This document shows, piece by piece, positions 24,636-36,088 of a stretch of 64,000 nucleotides of DNA. Where the stretch lies: the NCBI GenBank assembly GCA_964016885.1, contig OZ024740.1, positions 143,034,001 to 143,098,000 on the forward strand. The letters run 5' to 3'. Made by a program: the position numbers and the translations under genes. A model generated the notes under the pieces. It did no database searches, was not told where the DNA came from, and saw nothing but the letters and a program-made list of their open reading frames with translations. Position 1 is the stretch's first letter, and the number at the start of each line of letters is the position of its first letter. The DNA is from Eledone cirrhosa (taxonomy: Eukaryota).

Positions 24636-27600
24636 TAGAGATTTTTGAGACTTATTTTAGGAAAAAAGTAGCCAGGAAATAATTGCTTCCCCAATTATGC
24701 CCCCCAAAATTCGAAGATTTCATTTAAAACCTCTCGCTAACTACCCCATTTGTTCTAAATAATCTTCTCTTTGCTAACTACCAATACCCCTCCCTCCCGC
24801 CCCCACTCTCCACCTTATTATTTGGACCAATCACAAGTCAACGGCCTATGCTATCACTTCTGGCCGCTTTTCGATATGATGGATGGACTAAGGAATTTCT
24901 GGAGAGTCTGAAGAATCTGTACACTCGATGACAATGCCAAAGATAACGACAAATTCACCTCATGCTGCCGGACGAAAGGGCAAGGCCCCCTCCTCTTTGT
25001 TTCGGCAGCGGATGGCCAACATAACCCCAACCCCATCCCCCTCACCCATCCCTGCGCCCCATCCTCCAAACACAATCCAAAACTTCAGAGTTGGTACCAT
25101 AAATGTAGGCACCTTAAAAGGCCGCTCTAACGAAGTTGTAGAAATGCTTGAACATAAGGAGGTTGATGTTTGCTGTATCCAAGAGACCAGGTGGAGGGGC
25201 GGGTCTGCTAGATTCATTGTGGGTAAAAAACGTTGCTATAAGCTTTTCTGGGTGGGAAATGACAATGGGATAGGTGGGGTAGGAATCATGTTAGCAGAAA
25301 AATGGGTGGATAAGATAATAGATGTAAATAGAGTAAATGACAGAATAATTAAAATAAGACTTGTTCTAAATAGAACTACTGTGACAGTAATATCGGCATA
25401 CGCGCCCCAATGGCGCTATAAAAGACAGATTCTATGAGACACTGATGCTCACTACCTCCCAAATAACCAACAGTGACTATATAATTATTGCTGGCGACCT
25501 AAATGGCCACGTTGGTCAACATTGTGACGGCTATGATGGAATCCACGGAGGTTATGGCTTTGGTACTAGAAATGAGGAAGGCTCCAGAATCCTGGAATTC
25601 TGTGATGCAAATAACCTAACTATCTGTAACACTAACTTCAAAAAACGAGACAATCACTTGATCACCTACAGATCAGGGGAACATACCAGCCAGGTAAATT
25701 ATATCCTTACCAGAAGACGTGACAGAGTGTCTGTTGTAAACACTAAATCCCTCCCCCATGAAGAATGCACCTCCCAACATAGACTGATAATTAGCGACCT
25801 CATAGTCAGGACGAGACGTACTCGACAGCAGAAGAGGACTATCCTCAGGAGAAAAATATGGAAGCTAAAGGACCCCACAGCCAGAAATAAATTTAAAAGC
25901 ATATTACTTGATGCTTTCGACAGTAAGGAAGAGCAATTAGAGTCGTACAATATAGAGGAACAGTGGGAATTCCTGAAAGCAAACCTGCTGATGGTGGCAG
26001 ACGAAGTCTGTGGCTGGAGCAGGCCTGTAGGCAGGAGGAGAGTAACATGGTGGTGGCACAGTAAGGTGGAGGAGTCAATTAAGGCCAAAAAGCAGGCTTG
26101 GAAAGTATGGCAGGATGGGGGAAACTATCAAGTGGCCAGGAGGGAAGCTAGGAGACAACTGTACTTCGCAAGAAGGGAAGCAGAGGAAAGAAAGTTCAAG
26201 CATGTTCTACAACGCGAGGACCAAAACGTGAGGTGTTCAGGATTGCTAGGCAACGTGTCTAGGAAAACCGTGATATTGTCGGGGAGAAGTGTGTACTTAA
26301 TGATGATGGCATACTTGCCATCACTGACGCTGATAAGAAGGTAGCTTGGAAGTGTCACTACGAAAGGCTACTAAATGAGGAGAATAAATGGGAGAAAGAC
26401 AGTCTACCCCACATCGACCCAATAGAGGGACCAGCAGTGTTAGTCGAAGGTAGTATAATAAGTAAGGCAATCAAAGATATGAAGACGGGTGAGGCGGCTG
26501 GGCCTTCAAAAATAGTTGCTGAGATGCTGAAAGCCTCTGGAACGGTGGGACACACCATGGTCACCCGGATAGTAAACCAAGTCATACAGAATGGGGTTGT
26601 TCCGAAGCACTGGCGTAGCAGCATCATCATTAACTGCTACAAGGTTAAAGGAGACGCCCTAGATAGGAGTAACCATAGAAGCATTAAATTAATCGACCAG
26701 GTCATGAAGGTCACGGAAAAAGTAATAGCGCAACTAATCAGAGAGAGAATCGATCTAGATGAAATGCAGTTCGGGTTTGTGTCAGGCAAAAGTACCCTAG
26801 ACGCTCTTTTCATTGTACGACAACTACAGGAGAAGTACCTAGCTAAAAGTAAACCCCTATACTTAGCTTTCGTCGACTTGGAGAAAGCCTTCGACAGAGT
26901 CCCCCGTTCCATTATCTGGTGGGCTCTTAGAAAACTAGGTGTTGATGAATGGCTTGTGAGAACTATACAAGCCATGTATAAAGAAACAGTCAGCAAGGTT
27001 AGAATTAACAACGAATATAGTGAAGAGTTTAGCGTAAAAGTTGGTGTTCATCAGGGCTCTGTTCTTAGCCCCCTACTATTTATTATTGCCCTTCAGGCTA
27101 TAACAGTGGAGTTCAAGACCGGCTGCCCATGGGAACTCCTATACGCAGATGATCTAACGCTCATAGCTGAATCAATGGCCGAGCTAGAGAAGAAATTCCA
27201 AACATGGAAGCACGGCCTAGAATCAAAAGGCCTTAAAATTAACCTGGCTAAGACTAAAGTTCTAGTTTGAAGGAAAGAAAATAAGGCACCGGTCCCTTCC
27301 GGGAAATGGCCATGCTCAGTGTTTAGGAAAGGCGTAGGTAGAAACTCCATTTTATGTCCCAAATGCAAAGTATGGGTGCATAAAAGATGTGGGATCATAG
27401 GTAAGCTAACTAAGAACATATATTTTACATGTGGCCAGTGCTCTGGTGTAATAAGTAGCAGCAAGTGCCCACAAAATACTAGCTCTTTCAATTGCGCAGA
27501 GGGTTCTATAGAAATAGTGGACAGCTTCCGTTTCCTGGGTGACAAAACAGCAGTGGGGGAGTGTGCTCTGAAAGTACAGTAGCTAGAGTCAGAACTGGAT

Positions 27601-28150
27601 GGAAAAAGTTCAGAGAGCTTATACCACTATTAGTCGCTAAAGGGTTCTCCCTAAAAATGAAAGGCTGGCTGTATGATGCCTGCATACGAACAGCAATGTT
27701 GCATGGCAGTGAGACCTGGGCATTGTGTGCAGAGGATATACACAGACTAGAGAGGAACGAAGCTTGCATGCTCCGCTAGATGTGTAATAGTAATATACGT
27801 GAACGGCAAAGCATAAACGAACTAAGGGAAAAATTAGAAATAAGAGGGATCAGATGTTGTTTACTCGAGAGAAGGCTACGTTGGTATGGTCACGTAATGC
27901 GCATGAAAGACGACAGCTGTATAAAAAAGTGCAGGGCAATAAAGATAGACGGTAGCCACGGAGTAGGCAGACCCAGAAAAACCTGGGACGACCTGATAAA
28001 CTCCGACCTCACAGACTTACACCTCTCCAAGACAATGTCACTGGACCGAGATCTTTGGCGGCACTCAGTAATAGAGAAGACCCGCCTTACCTAAATACAA
28101 AGTAAAACCTACTACAGTCAGTAGGCATCTCTAACAAAATACACCCCCCT
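24636..28150 (+). mobile_element. RTE LINE family A, near full length, 3'UTR truncated
   Basis: 5'UTR followed by a single disrupted ORF with APE endonuclease and RT. Confidence 0.93.
24928..28094 (+). pseudogene. RTE ORF: APE endonuclease + reverse transcriptase, disrupted
   Basis: GTINVGTL, CIQETRW, SAYAPQ, GDLNGHVG, SQHR (APE); [27 protein letters not shown] (RT). Several frameshifts and stops. Confidence 0.95.
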
Positions 28151-30347
28151 GATTTAGAGACGTATGACATAGATAATAACTGGAATTTCTCACGTGACAA
28201 CTTACTGCAGGCTACTGATGAAACTTGTGGCTGGAACAGAGCTCCAACCAGACAGAGAGTGACCTGGTGGTGGAACAGCACAGTAGATAAGGCCATTAGA
28301 GACAAAAGACTAGCATGGAAGGCTGGCTTGAAAAAAGGGTGGGAGTAGAGAAGGATATACAGCCGCTAAGAGAGAAGCTAGACGTCAAGTGTACTTAGCA
28401 CACAGGGAGGCTGAGAGTAGGAGGTTTGCCAATGTTCTGCGATGGGATGATCAGGGGCATGCGGTGTTCCACATTGCAAGGCAGTGTGTCAATGCAAATC
28501 AGGATGTTGTTTGAGATAAATGTGTCCAGAATGATGCTGGTGTACTTAGTGTCACAAATGATCAGAAAAAGGAGGCCTGGAAATGTTACTATGAGAGACT
28601 GATGAATGTGGAGAACGAATGGGAGAGAGAGAAATTACCCTTGGTAGATCCGACAGAGGGACCAGCTATTGAGATTGACGAATATAGGGTGCAAGAGGCG
28701 ATTAAAGAAATGAAAAAGGGTAAGGCTGCTGGGGGGGGGGGGGATAGTTGCTGAGATGCTGAAGGCATCAGAGGACGTAGGCACTAAACTAGTTGCACGC
28801 ATCATCAATTAGGCTATATATGGTGGTGCCATACCCAAAGACTGGTGCAGCAGTATTCTCATAAATTGCTACAAAGGTAAAGGGGATGCTCTGGAGAGGA
28901 GCAATTATAGGGGTATAAAACTGATGGATCAGGTTATGAAAGTGGCAGAAAGGATATTAGCACAACTAATTAGAGAAAGGGTCAAACTAGATCAGATACA
29001 GTTTGGTTTTGTGCCTGGGAAAAGTACAACAGATGCCCTCTTCTTGGCGAGACAATTACAAGAGAGGTTCTTAGAGAAGAATAAGCCACTATACTTAGCC
29101 TTTGTTGACCTAGAGAAGGCCTTTGATAGGGTACCCCGATCTGTCATCTGGTGGTGCCTAAGGAAACTAAAGAGGACAGTGCAAACTTTGTACAGAGGTG
29201 CATTCAGTAAAGTCAAGTTAGGAATGGAGTTTAGTGAGGAATTCCAGATCCAAGTAGGAGTACACAAAGGCTCGGTCCTCAACCCGCTCTTGTTCATTAT
29301 AGTCCTCCAAGCGATAACAGAGGAGTTTAAGACTGGCTGTCCATGGGAAATTCTCTATGCTGACGATCTGGTTCTTATAGCAGAATCAGTAGAGGAGCTA
29401 GAGAATAAATTCTGGCTATGGAAACAGCAGTTGGAAGCTAGAGGACTGAGAGTGAACCTAGCTAAAACAAAAGTGTTGATGAGTAGAGAAGAGGACAATT
29501 TCCCTGATTCCGTCAGGGAAATGCCCATGTTCGATATGCAGAAAAGGAACTGGCATAAATTCTATAAAATGCACACAATGCAGATCCTGGGTACACAAGA
29601 GATGTAGTGGGATAGCAGGCAAACTAACAGGTAGGGAGAAATACGTATGCAGTATATATACAGAGAAATTAGACAGTAGAAGTCGCATTGATAGACACAT
29701 TTTTCAAATGCAGGCGGATGCTATAGAAGTGGTGGATAGCTTCCGGTACCTAGAAGATCAGATTAGCATGGGAGGGGAGTTTTCCGAGGCCATAGTATCT
29801 AGAATAAGGACGGGTTAGAAGAAGTTTAGGGAGCTGCTTCCTCTGCTGACGAAGAAGGGTTTCTCCCTGCGTACGAAAGGCCGGTTATATGATGCCTGTG
29901 TGAGGAGCGCGATGCTGCATGGTAGTGAGACATGGGTAGCAACTGCAGAGGATATGCGATGGCTGGAGAGAAATGAGGCAAGCATGCTCTGTTGGATGTG
30001 CAATGTCAATGTGCGTGAACGACCCAGCATGAATGTGTTGAGAGAGAAACTGTGTCTGAGAGGGATAGAATGTAGTGTGCGAGAGAGGAGACTGAGGTGG
30101 TATGGACATGTGATGCGCATGGAGGATGACTGATGGGTGAAGAAGTGCCAGGAAATGCCAGTTGAAGGAAGACGTGGTAGAGGTAGACCACAAAAAACAT
30201 GGGCGGAGGTGGTGAGAACAGACCTCAGATCGCTGAAGCTCATGGTGGAGATGACGAAGGACCGTGACAAGTGGAGAGATGCTGTGCCGAATAAGACCCG
30301 TCCCACCCTTGCAAGCAGGGAAAAGCGGACGTAAAATGATGATAATG
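28151..30347 (+). mobile_element. RTE LINE family B, 5'-truncated with intact tail
   Basis: RVTWWWN, DLEKAFDRVPR, LYADDLVL, GRGRPQKTW. Tail CCCTTGCAAGCAGGGAAAAGCGGACGTAAAATGATGAT. Confidence 0.93.
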
Positions 30348-30403
30348 ACATGCTAGCAGAAAACCGCCCGAATGGCGGTTCTTCTGTTAGTATATATAAT
30401 AAT

Positions 30404-30497
30404 TAAGAGAGACAGTTTTATTCGTACATCTTTATTTTATTATCTAGTTCAAACTAGATAATAAAATAAAGATGTACAAATAAAACCGTCTCTCTTA
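30404..30497. repeat. Fold-back palindrome, 46-bp arms, 2-nt loop
   Basis: TAAGAGAGAC..TATCTAGTT-CA-AACTAGATA..GTCTCTCTTA with two mismatches. Confidence 0.92.
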
Positions 30498-30649
30498 TTT
30501 ATTATACTAAAACTCCGGACAATACCTTACAGAGAAAATCCTAAGGAACAAAAATTGTGTAGTGCTTCACATCTGTTTAAAAATAAGTTGGCAGATTTTG
30601 ATCAACCAGCTTTCTTCAATATAATAATTATAGTGGTTATAATAATTAT

Positions 30650-30997
30650 AGTGGTTAGAGCATTGGCCTTGCAATCGAAAGGTTGTGAGTTCAATTCTCA
30701 GACCGGGTGATGTGTTGTTTCCTTGAGCAAGACACTTTATTTCACATTGATCCAGTTAACTTAGCTGTAGAAATGAGATGATAGGACTGGGGTCCATATC
30801 ATTCCACTGCAAAGTGGTCATGTAGGTGCCACGGAAAAAAAAGCACCCACCACTCACTGTAACATGGGACGTGAACTGATTCTGGCTTGATTTCTACAGC
30901 TGGATAGCTGTAGAAATCAAGCCAGAATCAGTTCCCGTCCCACCCTTGCAAGCAGGGAAAAGCGGACATAAAATGATGATGGTGATGATGATGATGA
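30650..30997 (+). mobile_element. SINE S1 copy, head-truncated, with internal inversion
   Basis: Collinear with 345-672 except that 30865-30900 is replaced by an inverted copy of downstream sequence. Confidence 0.88.
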
Positions 30998-31648
30998 TAT
31001 ATATAAAGTTGTAGTTTCTGTTTGTTTGTTTGTTTACAAACTCCTCCTATGGTTTTGGAGATAGAACCCCATAACCATATATATTCTGAAATTACATTGC
31101 CCAGTGTACTTGGATAAGTATATTTCATTTTAATCAAAGGGTTCCCCGGGGACACAAACACCCGCTGAAAATGTTTCCCTTCGATTTATATGAAATTTAA
31201 ACCATAGGTAAATGACAAGATATGATGCCTATTCACAAAGTTTCAGCAAATTTCAATAATATTAAGACACCCTAATGGGGGTTAAACCCCCTATTAGGGT
31301 TACCCAGGTGCACAAACCCCGGCTGAAAATGTTTTCCCTTCGATTTATATGAAATTAAACCATAGGTAAATGACGAGATATAATGCCTATTCACTAAAGT
31401 TTTGAATTGATATTTTAAAAAAAATTATTTACAAGAAACAAAATAAGAATAAGATTTGATAATGTAATTTTGATTTGATATATTACAAAAAATAATGTTT
31501 TCCAATTTTTCTTGCATTACATTTTACATTGAGTAATATTGAAATGCAGAGTTTTTCTCCATAAATTATATCACTGATTTAAAATCAATCATCATTTTCT
31601 TACAAAAAATATGTGTGAAACGCAGCAAGGCGTGAGAAATTTGGCTAG
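30998..31648 (+). mobile_element. Non-autonomous Helitron-like element
   Basis: 5' ATATATAAAG..(GTTT)n; internal ~160-bp direct duplication; 3' hairpin ACGC-AGCAAG-GCGT 11 nt before CTAG-T. Confidence 0.65.
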
Positions 31649-31680
<32 letters not shown>

Positions 31681-31735
31681 TATGTGTGTGTGTGTGTATA
31701 TATAAGTATATATATATATATGTGTGTGTGAATAC

Positions 31736-31773
<38 letters not shown>

Positions 31774-31820
31774 ATGGGTGTATATATATATGTGTGTATA
31801 TATATATGTGTGTATATATA

Positions 31821-31850
<30 letters not shown>

Positions 31851-31851
<1 letters not shown>

Positions 31852-33303
31852 CAGAGCCCTGTTCATCAGGGCTCTGTTCTTAGCCCCCTACTATTTATTA
31901 TTGCCCTCCAGGCTATAACAGTGGAGTTCAAGACCGGCTGCCCATGGGAACTCCTATACGCAGATGATCTAACGCTCATAGCTGAATCAATGGCCGAGCT
32001 AGAGAAGAAATTCCAAACATGGAAGCACGGCCTAGAATCAAAAGGCCTTAAAATTAACCTGGCTAAGACTAAAGTTCTAGTTTGTAAGAAAGAAAATAAG
32101 GCGGCGGTCCCCTCCGGGAAGTGGCCATGCGCAGAGTGTAGGAAAGGCGTAGGTAGAAACTCCATTTTGTGTCCCAAATGCAAAGTTTGGGTGCATAAAA
32201 GATGTAGTGGGATCACAGGCAAGCTAACTAAGAACATAGATTTTACATGTGGCCGGTGCTCTGGTGCAATAAGTAGCAGCAAGTGCCCACAAAATACTAG
32301 CTCTTTCAACTGCGCAGAGGGTTCTATAGAAATAGTGGACAGCTTCCGTTACCTGGGTGACAAAATCAGCAGTGGGGGAGGGTGCTCTGAAAGTACAGTA
32401 GCTAGAGTCAGAACTGGGTGGAAAAAGTTCAGAGAGCTTATACCACTATTAGCCGCTAAAGGGTTCTCCCTAAAAATGAAAGGCAGGTTGTACGATGCCT
32501 GCATACGAACAGCGATGTTGCATGGCAGTGAGACCTGGGCATTGTGTGCAGAAGATATACGCAGACAGAGAGAAACGAAGCTTGCATGCTCCGCTGGATG
32601 TGTAATAGTAATATACGTGAACGATAAAGCATAAACGAACTAAGGAAAAAATTAGAAATAAGAGGGATCAGATGTTGTCTACTCGAGAGAAGGCTACGTT
32701 GGTATGGTCACGTGATGCGCATGAAGGACGATAGCTGTATAACAAAGTGCAGGGCAATAAAGATAGACGGTAGCCACGGAATAGGCAGACCCAGAAAAAC
32801 CTGGGACGAGCTGATAAACTCCGACCTCACACACTTACACCTCACCAAGACAATGTCACTGGACCGAGATCTTTGGCGGTACTCAGTAATAGAGAAGACC
32901 CGCCTTACCTAAATACAAAGTAAAACCTACTACACTCAGTAGGCATCTCTAACAAAATATACCCCCGTCCCACCACCCCCACCCCATCCACACTGCCCCT
33001 TCTATGTAAAGTTATGTTGGTGCCACACCATCCAGGCCGAAACAAATGAGATCGTGTAGGTGTCACGACAAAAAAAACACACAGTCCACGCTGTAATGTG
33101 GCCGTGTAGGCAACACGGTAAAAACCTCCCAGACCCACACTGTAAATGTGGTTGGTGTTAGGAAGGGCATCCAACTGTAGAAAACCTGCCAGACAGTCCT
33201 ATGCGAGCAAGACAATCACTCTTGCCTCAAGTGGGAAAACCCCCGTCCAAACCCATGCAAGCGTGGAACACGGACGTTAAACGTTGATGATGATGATGAT
33301 GAT
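31851..33303 (+). mobile_element. RTE LINE family A, 3' half with complete 3'UTR and tail
   Basis: [23 protein letters not shown]. Very similar to 27046-28140. (ATG)n tail. Confidence 0.94.
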
Positions 33304-33637
33304 GTGTGTGTGTGTGTGTTTGTTTGTGATTGTGTCTGTATTTATGTCTTGTAACTTGCCAGATCAACAAAAAAGAAATTGGTAAAATATGTACCAGGTT
33401 AAAAAAAATTAGAACTGGGGTTAAGAAGTTTGCTTCACAGCTACATAATTTTGTATTCCAGCCTACTGTGTAACACTTTGGTGAAGTGTCTTCTACCATA
33501 GGCTAAGGCTGACTAAATCTGGGTGAGTCAAATTTGTTAGGTAGAAACTGTTTATCCAAGAAATTAGGATGGTAGTGATAGACAAATGTGATTGTTTTGT
33601 TTCCACAAATGAAAAAGCTACTTCTCTATATTTTCAG

Positions 33638-34018
33638 CCTGAAACTCACATCAATGTTGATGAAACAGAACGCCAGTACTCTTCCCAGTATGAAGAACGA
33701 CTCAACCCCTTCAACACATTTAATCGCAAGGAAAGAATGAAACGTTACATGAACTTGAAACCATATGACAAGATCACATTAAGCATGGGCCGTTTCATCA
33801 TGGGCAACAAAGTGGCTCGCACTGTGACCTTCTTTTATACAATCTTCCTCCACTGTTTTGTCTTCTTGGTTCTCTACAAATTGGCCCACACTGAGTCTTG
33901 TAAACGGGACATGGCAGCTGAGTGTCAAGCGAGCTTTGCTGAACACATGATGAAGTTTCACAAACATAACGATGCAGACATGAAGAATCATAAATTTTAT
34001 ATGAACAATCATCAATAG
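33638..34018 (+). CDS. CUX1: Terminal coding exon of golgin CASP (CUX1/cut alternative splice product; CASP C-terminal and transmembrane domain)
   Basis: YSSQYEERLNPFNTF..ER..RY..L.PYDK.TLSMGR..GNKVART..FFYT.FLHC.VFLVLYKLA..ES..RD matches the vertebrate CASP C-terminus as I recall it. Acceptor CTTCTCTATATTTTCAG ends at 33637 (phase 0). TAG at 34016-34018. Confidence 0.93.
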   Translation, partial: PETHINVDETERQYSSQYEERLNPFNTFNRKERMKRYMNLKPYDKITLSMGRFIMGNKVARTVTFFYTIFLHCFVFLVLYKLAHTESCKRDMAAECQASFAEHMMKFHKHNDADMKNHKFYMNNHQ

Positions 34019-34165
34019 AACCATTTCTATAACACACACACACATACACACACACACACATACATATAATTAAGAATGATTCTCTGAAGAGGAATGGAAA
34101 AGAACCAGTTAAAAAATGTACCCAATACATTAGTAGAGTAAATACATATTTCTTTATGTACTACA

Positions 34166-34216
34166 ACTATTTCATTCATTTAAAATCATCTGAGGATTTA
34201 AAATGAATGAAATAGT
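34166..34216. repeat. AT-rich hairpin downstream of the CASP stop
   Basis: ACTATTTCATTCATTT ... AAATGAATGAAATAGT, 16-bp perfect arms plus inner pairing. Confidence 0.8.
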
Positions 34217-34337
34217 CCTAGTCCTATGGAATCATTTTTACATTTTATATATATATATATAATTGGTGTTGGATGCTTAAAGCGTCCGTATGTGGTAGGC
34301 CATATGAGCACTCGATGCTCTCATAGAACAGAGTATG

Positions 34338-34611
34338 ATATCACAGAAAAAAAGAGAATCAGTGTTGCGACGAATGGAATTTATTGGAGATATTACAATC
34401 GTTTCTCTGCTGACCAGCTCGAGACACGATCGATGTGATGATTGAACCTGACTCTGAAAATTGCAAGGTCCTCAGATAATCTGAGGACCTCGCGATTTTC
34501 AGAGTCAGGTTCGATTATCACATCGATCGTGTCTCGAGCTGGTCAGCAGAGAAACGATTGTAATATCTCCAATAAATTCCATTCGTCGCAACACTGATTC
34601 TCTTTTTTTCT

Positions 34612-34618
<7 letters not shown>
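34338..34618. repeat. Near-perfect palindrome, 140-bp arms, 1-nt centre (34478)
   Basis: Arms are reverse complements with four transition mismatches near the centre. Confidence 0.96.
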
Positions 34619-34671
<53 letters not shown>

Positions 34672-34755
34672 TATATGTATGTATATTTATATATATGTAT
34701 GTATGTATATGTATATATATGTATGTGTATGTATATATATATATATATATATAAA

Positions 34756-34847
34756 TCATCATCATCAACATCATTTTACGTCCGCTTTTCCCTGCTTGCA
34801 AGCAGGGAAAAGCGGACAAAAAATGAGGATCATGATGATGATGATGA
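34756..34847. repeat. Two RTE-B/S1 tails fused back to back; 38-bp perfect palindrome at 34780-34817
   Basis: (CAT)n..GTCCGCTTTTCCCTGCTTGCAAGCAGGGAAAAGCGGAC..(ATG)n. Confidence 0.9.
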
Positions 34848-35552
34848 TTTATATATATATATAGTTTATCAATGCCGAGCTGGTGGCATGTTACTCAGGA
34901 GTTTCTCCTGTATATTACAAAGTTCTAGTGCTTTGGTGCTTAAGGGTTATGCACTGAAGAACCCTTGTAATATATAGGAGGAATTCCTGGAACTCGACTA
35001 TAATAAACTATTAAGCTCTACAATGATATTTAGTATTCACCAATAATAAACACACATACACACACATATATATATATATACATAGGTTCATTTATGGAAC
35101 AAAAGTGCTACCTAAGGTTTCAAGGCCCCATATTGACCATATCTCCAGAATTTCAGAGAGATCAAAATTTTGACCTAATCTTCAGGCACTTATAAGACTT
35201 ATAAGACACCATTAAAAGTAATGTGTGTTAAAACACTAGTTTACGTAAAAGGTATTATAACAAAGGGTAATAACTCCAAGATGTAAATTTGAGATAACGA
35301 AATCATACATGTGTTATTATTCGTGGGCTATAGATGTATGGTATTATAAGGTGGTATGTAACCGAGATGGTTATATTTATTATGGTTTGGGTAGAGTAGT
35401 ATAAAAGTAGGGAATAAAAGAGAAAGAAAAGATATGCTTTTGTTCCATGTATGAACATAAATAAATAATATAATATATCAGCTCTCTTCCCAATTAGAGC
35501 AGTTTTCTTTTTCCACATACGGATATTTCTATATATATATATATATATATAT

Positions 35553-35882
35553 GGAGGCACATGGCTTAGTGGTTAGAGCATTGGCCTTGCAATCGAAAAT
35601 GAGTTCAATTCTCAGACCAGGTGATATGTTGTTTCCTTGAGTAAGACACTTTATTTCACATTGCTCCAGTTTAGTCAGCTGTAGAAATGAGATGATAGGG
35701 ACTGGTGTCCCTATCATTCCACGGCAAAGTGGTCGTGGAGGTGCCATGGCAAAAAAAGCACCCAGCACTCACTGTAAATGAGGTTGGTGTTAGGAAGGGC
35801 ATCCAGCTGTAGAAATCAAGCCAGAATCAGTTCCCGTCCCACTCTTGCAAGCAGGGAAAAGCGGACATAAAATGATGATGAT
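35553..35882 (+). mobile_element. SINE S1 full-length copy
   Basis: Collinear with 328-672. Preceded by (TA)n. Confidence 0.9.
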
Positions 35883-36088
35883 CATCATCATCATTATATT
35901 TGGTTGGGACAAGTAAAAGAGTATGTATGTATATATATATGTATATGTGTGTGTGTATGTATATATATGTGTATATATATATGTGCTATATATATATATG
36001 TGTATATATATATGTGTATATATATATGTGCTATATATATATGTGTATATATATATGTGTATATATATATGTGCTATGTATATATATA

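Larger units (their letters stand above)
21135..30390 (+). mobile_element. Helitron A, 5'-truncated, interrupted at 24636-30347 by two RTE LINEs
   Basis: RepHel pseudogene, 3' non-coding region to 24635, and the displaced terminal hairpin plus TTAG-T at 30349-30391. Confidence 0.8.

Noticed and set aside
24640-28166. TSD around RTE-A (GATTTTTGAGACTTAT versus GATTTAGAGACGTAT)
   Set aside because: Three differences in about 16 nt, and the element lacks its 3' tail, so it cannot be called with confidence.
33569-33637. ATG-initiated 149-aa single-exon gene
   Set aside because: Similarity to CASP begins only after the polypyrimidine-AG at 33637. The upstream part is intron.
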